From a bacterium (GTDB lineage: Bacteria; Hydrothermota; 32-111), in contig JBFXGO010000025.1 of the NCBI GenBank assembly GCA_050239825.1, positions 1 to 33,901 of the forward strand: 33,901 nucleotides of DNA, read 5' to 3'. Numbering within the stretch: the first letter of the stretch is position 1; each line of letters begins with the position of its first letter. Made by a program: the position numbers and the translations under genes. The notes below the pieces were generated by a model. The model did not search any database. It was not told the origin of the DNA and was given only the letters and a program-made list of their open reading frames with translations. Of this stretch, positions 27,775 to 33,901 are shown piece after piece.

Positions 27775-28880
27775 ACGGAAAGAACACAGAAATACAAAAA
27801 CAGTTTCCGGTTCAGAAAATCGAAACAAAGAGAATGATAATAATGACTATGCCGGTTGTTTTCATTGATAAACTCATTGTGAATGATGACACAGCATATT
27901 CGGATTATAACATCGTGCAGACAAATGAATGGCTGAAAAATGAATTCCATGAAATAATTTCAAAGATAAGAGAAGGAATGACTGAAGAAAAAGAGGCAAG
28001 CGGATTTGATGCTTGGATATTCATTGATAAAACGGACAGAACGATTATTGGAGACGGAGGATTCAAGGGAGAGCCGGATGCCGAAGGCAGAATTGACATA
28101 GGATATGGAATTGTAGCGAGCAGAAGGGGAAATGGATACGGGTTTGAAGCAGTATCAGCCCTTATAGAATGGGGCTTCAAGCAGAAAAAAGTAAAAGTTA
28201 TAACGGCTGACTGCAATCTTGATAACACAGCTTCTCAGAATCTTCTTGATAAAATAGGAATGAAAAGAGTAAGATCGGATGAGACTCTGACTTTTTTCGA
28301 ACTTAAAAAGAACCAATACAAAGGCGAACCGTATAATTCAATCTGGTTCAGAAGACTCACAGAAGTTGATCTGAAGCTTATGACTCAATGGCTCAGTGCG
28401 GATTTTGTGAATGAGTGGTATAAGATGGATGATACTTCTTTTGAAAAAGTCAGTGCAAAATACCTTCCGAGAATAAATGGGGAGGAACCGACAGAATGCT
28501 ATATCGCAATGCATTTTGACAAACCTATAGGGTTTTTGCAGACCTACTTTATAAAAGACTACCCTGATTACAATAAATATGTGCAGGCGGATGACAAGAC
28601 AGCAGGCGCAGATATTTTCATAGGAGAGGAAGAGTATATTCACAAAGGATGGGGAACTGCAATTCTCAGAAAATTCATTGATGAAGTGATATTCTGCAAA
28701 GAAAATATTGATTCATGCATAATGGGTCCTGATCCGGAGAATGTTACTGCAATAAAAACATACGAGAAATTGGGTTTCAAATATTTACGAACAATCCGCA
28801 ATTTTGAAGAAGGTTCTGACGAGTATCTTATGGAACTAAAAAACCCCAAAAGCAAAATCTATTCATCCCAAGAAATGTAA
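27765..28880 (+). CDS. Tandem GNAT acetyltransferase (RimJ/RimL-like domain plus AAC(6')-like domain)
   Basis: Domain 1: IGDGGFKG.P...IDIGYGI...RGNGYG...N.ASQ.LL.K.G. Domain 2: PIGFLQ...GADIFIGE..YIHKGWGT...PDPEN..AIKTYEKLGF. GGAGG then TTG start. Confidence 0.88.
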   Translation: MTENGKNTEIQKQFPVQKIETKRMIIMTMPVVFIDKLIVNDDTAYSDYNIVQTNEWLKNEFHEIISKIREGMTEEKEASGFDAWIFIDKTDRTIIGDGGFKGEPDAEGRIDIGYGIVASRRGNGYGFEAVSALIEWGFKQKKVKVITADCNLDNTASQNLLDKIGMKRVRSDETLTFFELKKNQYKGEPYNSIWFRRLTEVDLKLMTQWLSADFVNEWYKMDDTSFEKVSAKYLPRINGEEPTECYIAMHFDKPIGFLQTYFIKDYPDYNKYVQADDKTAGADIFIGEEEYIHKGWGTAILRKFIDEVIFCKENIDSCIMGPDPENVTAIKTYEKLGFKYLRTIRNFEEGSDEYLMELKNPKSKIYSSQEM

Positions 28881-28920
28881 AAACACCGACATATCGATTT
28901 GGATTTCTATAAAGTTTCAC

Positions 28921-28948
28921 TTGACAAAATATAAGAAAATGTTATAAT
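28921..28948 (+). promoter_or_regulatory. Strong sigma70-type promoter for the XRE/ImmA gene
   Basis: TTGACA (28921-26), 16 bp spacer, TG-n-TATAAT (28943-48); RBS AGGAGG 28958-63. Confidence 0.75.
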
Positions 28949-28967
28949 TTTAGCATTAGGAGGTAAA

Positions 28968-30098
28968 ATGTATAACAAAATAGGTGATAAAATCAAAAAA
29001 GAGAGAGAGTGTGCGGGCTTAAGTCAAAGGGAATTGGCTGAAAAAGCGGGTTACAACAATTATCAGACTCTTTTGAAGATTGAAAAGGGCGATAGAAACA
29101 TCACGATAGGAGACCTTGGAAGGATTTCCGAGGCATTGAATCTTAATATGAATTATTTTCTCTTTGAAAAGGAACAAAAAGATTATCCTGTATTATGGAG
29201 AGAGTGCAAGGATATAAAAGCATGTAAAATCTATGAGAATAGGCTCAAAACATACACTGACAATTATTTTCATTTACGTAAGCTTTTAGATTTGCATATT
29301 GACAATTTCATTCCTGAAAATGTGAACGACTTTATTGAAAGATATTCCGATTTTCTTACTGACAGATATAAGCTTGCCTCTGAACTTGCTGATGATTTTA
29401 GAAGGAGTTTTAATCTTGGTGATTATCCTGCAGACACCCTCATGAATGCGATTGCAGACAAAGGAATTTTAGTGTTCAGTTTTAATATGGAAGATGCCGG
29501 TTCCGCCGCGTCTTATGTGACTCCTAATGGTGCATCAATTCTATTGAACTCGAAGGAATCTCCATGGCGGAAATTTTTTGATATAGGACATGAATTGTAT
29601 CATATACTTACATGGAATCTATTGGATTATACTATGCATGATTATAAGTTAAGAGACAGTGATGCGGAAGAGCATTTTGCCAACGCATTTTCGGCAAATC
29701 TTCTGATGCCGAAATCTTCAATAAGAAAGGAGATAAATTCTCTCTCCTCAATTGATCAGATAAATGAGAGTTTTATTTGGAGAATGGCTGTAAAATTCAA
29801 AGTGTCAGTGGATGCTCTAATGAATCGTCTTGAATTTTTGCAAATCATTGATGAAAAAAAGAAAGATGCAATAAAAGCGACTTGTGTAAAAAAAGATTTT
29901 TGGAGAGAGTATAATAAAAAGAACAGCAAGGAATGCTGTCAGAAAAGTAAAGATGAATATGACGAGTCGTACTTCACTCTTGTTTATTCAGCTTGGATAT
30001 CTGAAAGAATAACAAAAATGAAGATGGCTGAATATCTCAACAAGAATATCGGGGAAATTGATTATTATCTAAAACAAAGGGGATTGGCTTATGAATAG
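28968..30098 (+). CDS. XRE-family HTH fused to an ImmA/IrrE (COG2856) Zn-metallopeptidase domain
   Basis: IGDKIKKERECAGLSQRELAEKAG...IEKGDR HTH; R.FFDIGHELYH (HExxH); EHFANAFSANLLMP. Confidence 0.93.
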   Translation: MYNKIGDKIKKERECAGLSQRELAEKAGYNNYQTLLKIEKGDRNITIGDLGRISEALNLNMNYFLFEKEQKDYPVLWRECKDIKACKIYENRLKTYTDNYFHLRKLLDLHIDNFIPENVNDFIERYSDFLTDRYKLASELADDFRRSFNLGDYPADTLMNAIADKGILVFSFNMEDAGSAASYVTPNGASILLNSKESPWRKFFDIGHELYHILTWNLLDYTMHDYKLRDSDAEEHFANAFSANLLMPKSSIRKEINSLSSIDQINESFIWRMAVKFKVSVDALMNRLEFLQIIDEKKKDAIKATCVKKDFWREYNKKNSKECCQKSKDEYDESYFTLVYSAWISERITKMKMAEYLNKNIGEIDYYLKQRGLAYE

Positions 30099-30297
30099 AA
30101 ATGGTCACATGGCATTTGGAACAGGTGTTGGAATTATAAACAGTCTTTATCTGATTTCAGATAAACCGGCAGATAAAAATACAAAAGATTCTGCAAAAAT
30201 ATTTGAAGCATTATTATATACAGGTACAGCAATCTTCGGTTCAGTAGCTCCTGATATGCTTGAACCTGCGAACAATCCGAGGCACAGAAAGATTTTC
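30091..30297 (+). pseudogene. N-terminal fragment of a YdjM-like metal-dependent hydrolase
   Basis: MNRNGH...GSVAPDMLEPANNPRHRKIF matches the H...PD...HR..HS pattern but stops just before the expected HS. The rest of the frame is unrelated. Confidence 0.6.
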
Positions 30298-30575
30298 AGA
30301 GCAAGCTTGATAAATTTCAAAGCCACGGAATTGAAGTTCATCCCGGAGAACTGGAGGCAATTGTTTTTATATATAAGAATAAAGAGTATAAATTGTGCGC
30401 CGGTGATGCAGGAGCATATAAATTCATGGGGTATTTGGGGCTTTCGGAAAATACAATTTCTTTGGAAAATATCATGGGAAAAATCAAAAATTTGCCAAAA
30501 CAATATAGTGAAGAAATAAGAAAAGAATGTGTAAAGCAAGGATCAAAGATGATGATAAGCGATTTTGAACTATAA
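30291..30575 (+). pseudogene. C-terminal fragment of a PIN-like protein, in a different frame from the hydrolase fragment
   Basis: Frame open 30264-30575: ...IEVHPGELEAIVFIYKNKEYKLCAGDAGAYKFMGYLGL..ISLE, resembling the GExEAI...xxD motif of PIN/DUF3368-like proteins. No start codon lies upstream of the motif. Confidence 0.55.
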
Positions 30576-30589
30576 ATACCAATTACGGC

Positions 30590-30617
30590 TTGACATCAAA
30601 CAAACAGGGGGTATAAT
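30590..30617 (+). promoter_or_regulatory. Sigma70-type promoter upstream of the dinD-like remnant
   Basis: TTGACA (30590-95), 16 bp spacer, TATAAT (30612-17); GGAGG before ATG 30651. Confidence 0.7.
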
Positions 30618-30650
30618 CACAAAAAAGGGATAAAAAAATCGGAGGATGAA

Positions 30651-30764
30651 ATGGATAAGAACTTAATTGTAAAACTGAACAAATCATACCATTTTGTTGA
30701 AGTCAACAAAACGATCCGGATGCCTAAAGAAGCATTGATGAGTTTTATACGGAGGAAAGATTGA
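30651..30764 (+). pseudogene. 37-aa ORF, probable internally deleted dinD-like remnant
   Basis: MDKNLIVKLNKSYHFVEVNKTIRMPKEALMSFIRRKD*. HFVEVNKTI.MPK resembles the conserved HF..V.K.I motif of DinD/BRO-like proteins. Good RBS. Confidence 0.5.
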
Positions 30765-30770
30765 CAGAGA
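30747..30770 (+). repeat. 24-bp exact direct repeat, copy 2
   Basis: ATACGGAGGAAAGATTGACAGAGA. Confidence 0.9.
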
Positions 30771-30865
30771 GTGTAAAGAATCCATGCATTATCCCTCAGA
30801 ATTGCAATTTTTACCTCCTGTAAGATTATTATAACTATTCCGTCGATAAATGCAACCGAGGCAGC

Positions 30866-30922
30866 TCAATATACAGGGGTTACCCCCTGTATGTTGACAA
30901 ACCATCATTCATATTGTATTAT
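30866..30922 (+). promoter_or_regulatory. 14-bp-stem inverted repeat overlapping a sigma70-type promoter
   Basis: TCAATATACAGGGG-TTAC-CCCCTGTATGTTGA (30866-30897); TTGACA 30894-99, 17 bp spacer, TATTAT 30917-22. Confidence 0.6.
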
Positions 30923-30961
30923 TTACACTATATGAGGACACTATCGCTGAAAAACTCGGAT

Positions 30962-31114
30962 CTGCTTGAAGGCGGCACGTACCTTAGATATATTCAAGAA
31001 CTGCTTGGTCATACAAGTTCTAAAACTACAGAAATATATACGCATGTAAGCCAGAAGTCATTGGGAAAGATAAAGAGTCCATTAGACACTTTAAATTTGA
31101 AGAAAGGAGGTTGA
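30962..31114 (+). pseudogene. C-terminal remnant of a tyrosine recombinase (integron-integrase-like)
   Basis: [30 protein letters not shown]...IKSPLD retains the catalytic H and Y and the SPLD tail. The HxxR box and everything upstream are missing. Confidence 0.88.
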
Positions 31115-31171
31115 AGCTGACAATATTTGTTAATAAAGAGGAGAAATCTGGGTTTTCGCCCATAGTAAAAA

Positions 31172-31242
31172 TATCCGCATTGCGTCTACACCACCAAATG
31201 AGGGATATATACGCAGTAATTACGGATACAATCGAGTTATCT
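31172..31242 (+). other. attI-like primary recombination site (predicted crossover G31236|T31237)
   Basis: GTTATCT at 31236-42 is the exact reverse complement of AGATAAC at the end of cassette 1. It is preceded by an imperfect palindrome (TATCCG..TGCGT / ACGCA..CGGATA). Confidence 0.65.
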
Positions 31243-32362
31243 GCAATTTCGGCTAATAAGGAGATGACAAAATGAGTCTATGGTTGGTAAGAGCAGGAAG
31301 ACATGGAGAACAAGAACAAGGGGCACTCGATAACAATGTAGTGACAATCGGATGGAACGAGTTTGATGATTTATCAAAAATAAAATCCAGAGAAGAATTA
31401 ACGGAGTTATATCTAAAACTGAATCCCGGCTCTAAAAAAATGAAAGTGGCAAATGAAGTTGGTCAGATATGGAGATTCATTCGGGAAATTCAAAAAGGTG
31501 ACCTTGTGGCTCTCCCGCTAAAGATGCAATCTGGGATTTCAATTGGTAAAGTAGAAAGCGACTATGAATATAAGGAAATAACTCCAAATATAAAACACAT
31601 CAGACATGTAAAATGGATTAAAACAATCCCCAGGTCCGCGTTTGACCAAGATATCCTTTATTCACTTGGCGCATTTATGACGGTCTGCCAGATAGAAAGA
31701 AACGAAGCGGAAAATCGTGTTAAACAACTCCTTGAAGGAGAGGTTACCCCGACAGAAGAAGGTGAGCCTGAAGGTGAAGGAGTTATTGACATTGAGGAAT
31801 ATGCTAATGACCAACTCATCAAATACATAGATAGAAAATTTAAAGGGCATAATTTAGCAAGATTGGTTAATGTGATTTTGAAAGTTCAAGGGTATACAAC
31901 AACGATGTCTCCACCCGGAGCTGATGGTGGAGTGGACATTTTGGCCTCAGGAGGGCCCTTGGGCTTTGATAATCCAAAAATATGTGTCCAAGTAAAATCA
32001 TCATCTTCTCCCGTCGATGTTAAAATATTAAGGGATCTCAAAGGTACGATGAGAGATGTAAAGGCCGAACAAGGACTATTAATTTCTTGGTCTGGTTTTA
32101 AAGATACAGTTATTAGAGATGCAAAAAATGATTTCTTCTCCATCCGATTGTGGGATCAGGGTGATTTACTTGAAGAAATTTTCAAATATTACGATCGTTT
32201 TGATGATGAGCTTAAGGCGGAATTGCCATTAAAAAGGATATGGGGGTTAATTATTGAAGAATAAAGGAGCCGAAACAGTAGATAACAGGCGTGTATCTGG
32301 CTACGTGCCGTCGGCACTTCGTCCAAATCCTGCTTCGCAGGACTTCAGATTCGCTCGGAACG
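31237..32362 (+). mobile_element. Integron gene cassette 1
   Basis: One promoterless ORF with RBS, bounded by G|TTATCT and a downstream attC whose R'' is complementary to it. Confidence 0.8.
31272..32264 (+). CDS. Mrr-family (COG4127-like) restriction endonuclease
   Basis: N-terminal WLVRAG..GE...IGW...GDLVALP...R.VKW domain; C-terminal Mrr catalytic ADGGVDILA...CVQVKS...GLLISWSGF. Confidence 0.9.
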   Translation: MSLWLVRAGRHGEQEQGALDNNVVTIGWNEFDDLSKIKSREELTELYLKLNPGSKKMKVANEVGQIWRFIREIQKGDLVALPLKMQSGISIGKVESDYEYKEITPNIKHIRHVKWIKTIPRSAFDQDILYSLGAFMTVCQIERNEAENRVKQLLEGEVTPTEEGEPEGEGVIDIEEYANDQLIKYIDRKFKGHNLARLVNVILKVQGYTTTMSPPGADGGVDILASGGPLGFDNPKICVQVKSSSSPVDVKILRDLKGTMRDVKAEQGLLISWSGFKDTVIRDAKNDFFSIRLWDQGDLLEEIFKYYDRFDDELKAELPLKRIWGLIIEE

Positions 32363-32368
32363 TTCTAC
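32280..32368 (+). other. attC site of cassette 1 (89 bp, branched terminal structure)
   Basis: R'' AGATAAC (32280-86); L'' region GCGTGTATCTG pairs with CAGATTCGC (32346-54) with bulged bases; internal hairpins GTGCC-GTC-GGCAC and TCCTGC-TTC-GCAGGA; R' GTTCTAC (32362-68). Confidence 0.82.
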
Positions 32369-33597
32369 GCAATTCGTTGTAATTAAAATAGGAGGATATT
32401 ATGAGCATAATTGATTATTTATTAAACACACCTGATGTAATTAAAGGAAAACGTATTCAGCAAATATTATCAATATGTGGTGATGGAAAATTACTTGATA
32501 ATAATAATACATCTTTAGAATTTCGAGAATATTTGGATAATATAGAATCTGAATTAATCGTTAAATATGCTAATGAATGTTTGAATAAATTTGAAGATAG
32601 TGGTTTCGCACTACAAGATTTGATAAATCAAACAGGGAAAAGATTAGGTTTTACTGTTAAATTTGGTTTATATAGAGGAAAACCAGGTGATATTGGACAT
32701 GATGGTTTGTGGCAAACAACAAATAATTATAATATTATAATTGAAGTTAAAACTACTGATGCATTTAGTATTAATTTAGATAATATTGCTGAATACAGAA
32801 AAAAACTAATTGAAAATCATGAAATTGATGAAGATAATTCATCAATATTAATAGTTGTTGGCAGACAAGATACTGGAGGTTTAGAATCTCAAATTAGGGG
32901 TTCGAAATACGCATGGGATATAAGATTAATAAGCGTTGATTCATTATTAAAATTAATGAAATTAAAAGAAAATTTTGATGAACCTTCAATGATTCAAAAG
33001 ATTACTGATATATTAATACCTATGGAATATACAAGAGTTGATGAAATAATTAATTTAGTATTTAATGCAACAAATGAAATTATACAAGACAATATTTCTA
33101 ACAATAATATTGTTATTGATAGTAGCAATAATGAGAATATAATCCCAAGATTTACTCCAGTGAATTTTCATAGTTTATGTATTGATAGAATTTCAAATCA
33201 TTTTAATAAAATATTTATTAAAAAAACAAAGGCCAGTTTTATTTCTTCAGACAATTCAATTAAATTAATTTGTATAATTTCAAAAGAATATTTAGTTTCA
33301 AATAATTATAAATATTGGTTTGCTTTCCATCCCCATTATAAAGACTATTTGGATAATTTTGCTCAATCTTATATTGTATTTGGGTGCGGTAATGAAAATC
33401 AATTAATTAAAATACCATTTAGTAATTTTAAATCTTGGCTTGATGGTCTAAATATAACTGAAATTGGTGATAAATTCTATTGGCATGTACATATAATTAA
33501 AAAAGAAAATAAGTATTATTTATTAAGAAAAACTGAATTTGAACATATTGATATAACAAATTTTCTTTTATAATATTATAACGAACATGCGTAGAAC
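32363..33597 (+). mobile_element. Integron gene cassette 2 (attC interrupted by IS)
   Basis: Starts at G|TTCTACGC and ends with the complementary GCGTAGAAC (33589-97); contains a single, very AT-rich ORF. Confidence 0.75.
32401..33573 (+). CDS. Uncharacterised PD-(D/E)xK-type nuclease (restriction-endonuclease-like)
   Basis: FALQDLIN..GKRLGF.V..G.YRG...IGHDGLW......IIIEVKTT fits a (Q/E)..D..ExK nuclease core. Distinct C-terminal domain (YWFAFHP...FYWHVHI). RBS AGGAGG. Confidence 0.72.
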   Translation: MSIIDYLLNTPDVIKGKRIQQILSICGDGKLLDNNNTSLEFREYLDNIESELIVKYANECLNKFEDSGFALQDLINQTGKRLGFTVKFGLYRGKPGDIGHDGLWQTTNNYNIIIEVKTTDAFSINLDNIAEYRKKLIENHEIDEDNSSILIVVGRQDTGGLESQIRGSKYAWDIRLISVDSLLKLMKLKENFDEPSMIQKITDILIPMEYTRVDEIINLVFNATNEIIQDNISNNNIVIDSSNNENIIPRFTPVNFHSLCIDRISNHFNKIFIKKTKASFISSDNSIKLICIISKEYLVSNNYKYWFAFHPHYKDYLDNFAQSYIVFGCGNENQLIKIPFSNFKSWLDGLNITEIGDKFYWHVHIIKKENKYYLLRKTEFEHIDITNFLL

Positions 33598-33901
33598 TAT
33601 AATGGCCTCTTGAAATAGGACACGATTTAGTGATAGAATGTGTTAAAAAAGGAGGCAGAAATGGACTCTAAGAGACACGAATCAGGATTCAAGGCGCGGG
33701 TGGCTTTAGCAGCAATAAGAGGAGAGAAGACATTGGCGGAATTATCGCAGGAATACGGAGTGCACCCGAATCAAATAAGCCGGTGGAAGAAGGAGGCGGA
33801 AGAGAACATGGTAAAAGTGTTCGAGCGTGATAAAGCGGAGAGTGCCTTGTTAAAGGAGAAGGAACAGCAGTTGGAGGAGACGCTAAAAAAGCTTGGTGAG
33901 G
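33598..33901 (+). mobile_element. IS3-family insertion sequence, left end (runs off the window)
   Basis: Abrupt composition change; IRL-like TATAATGGCCTCTTGAAATAGGACAC followed by RBS and OrfA. The exact first base is uncertain because IS3 ends are usually TG. Confidence 0.8.
33661..33901 (+). CDS. IS3-family transposase OrfA, 3'-partial
   Basis: MDSKRHESGFKARVALAAIRGEKTLAELSQEYGVHPNQISRWKK... (HTH_Tnp_1-type pattern followed by a leucine-zipper-like segment). Confidence 0.9.
   Translation, partial: MDSKRHESGFKARVALAAIRGEKTLAELSQEYGVHPNQISRWKKEAEENMVKVFERDKAESALLKEKEQQLEETLKKLGE

Noticed and set aside
30091..30519. Intact 142-aa CDS as given in the ORF track
   Set aside because: Family-like motifs stop at ~30297 and a different frame carries protein-like motifs afterwards; better explained as a chimera of two fragments.
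30914..31114. Functional integrase
   Set aside because: Only about 50 C-terminal residues remain; the catalytic R, K and HxxR elements are absent.

Overview
Bacterial chromosome segment in two parts. Bases 1 to ~26,960 are tightly packed, mostly + strand housekeeping genes: glycosyltransferases, PIN/TRAM-ispD-ispF, hflX, a DUF2520/PanG-like gene plus coaX, tsaE-tsaB, surE-pcm, tRNA-Pro(CGG), rmuC, an MlaD-like lipoprotein, a pentapeptide-repeat K+ channel, nadE, a Crp/Fnr regulator, DUF1385-prfA-prmC, nadK-recN, priA and an MFS transporter. A radical-SAM plus creatininase pair and an Mpv17-like gene lie on the - strand. From ~27,000 the window becomes an accessory and partly decayed region. 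It holds a non-coding stretch with 49-bp REP-like direct repeats around a GC-rich rod-shaped fold, a double-GNAT gene, an XRE-HTH/ImmA-IrrE metallopeptidase gene followed by a chimeric YdjM-like/PIN-like pseudogene, and a dinD-like remnant. It ends with an integron-like locus: a tyrosine-recombinase C-terminal remnant co-oriented with the array, an attI-like site, and two promoterless cassettes encoding predicted restriction-type nucleases. The cassettes are bounded by non-canonical R boxes (GTTATCT, GTTCTAC) with long end-to-end complementarity. The second attC is cut off right after its R'' box by an IS3-family element at the window edge. All family assignments come from motif recognition by eye; no database search or folding program was run.
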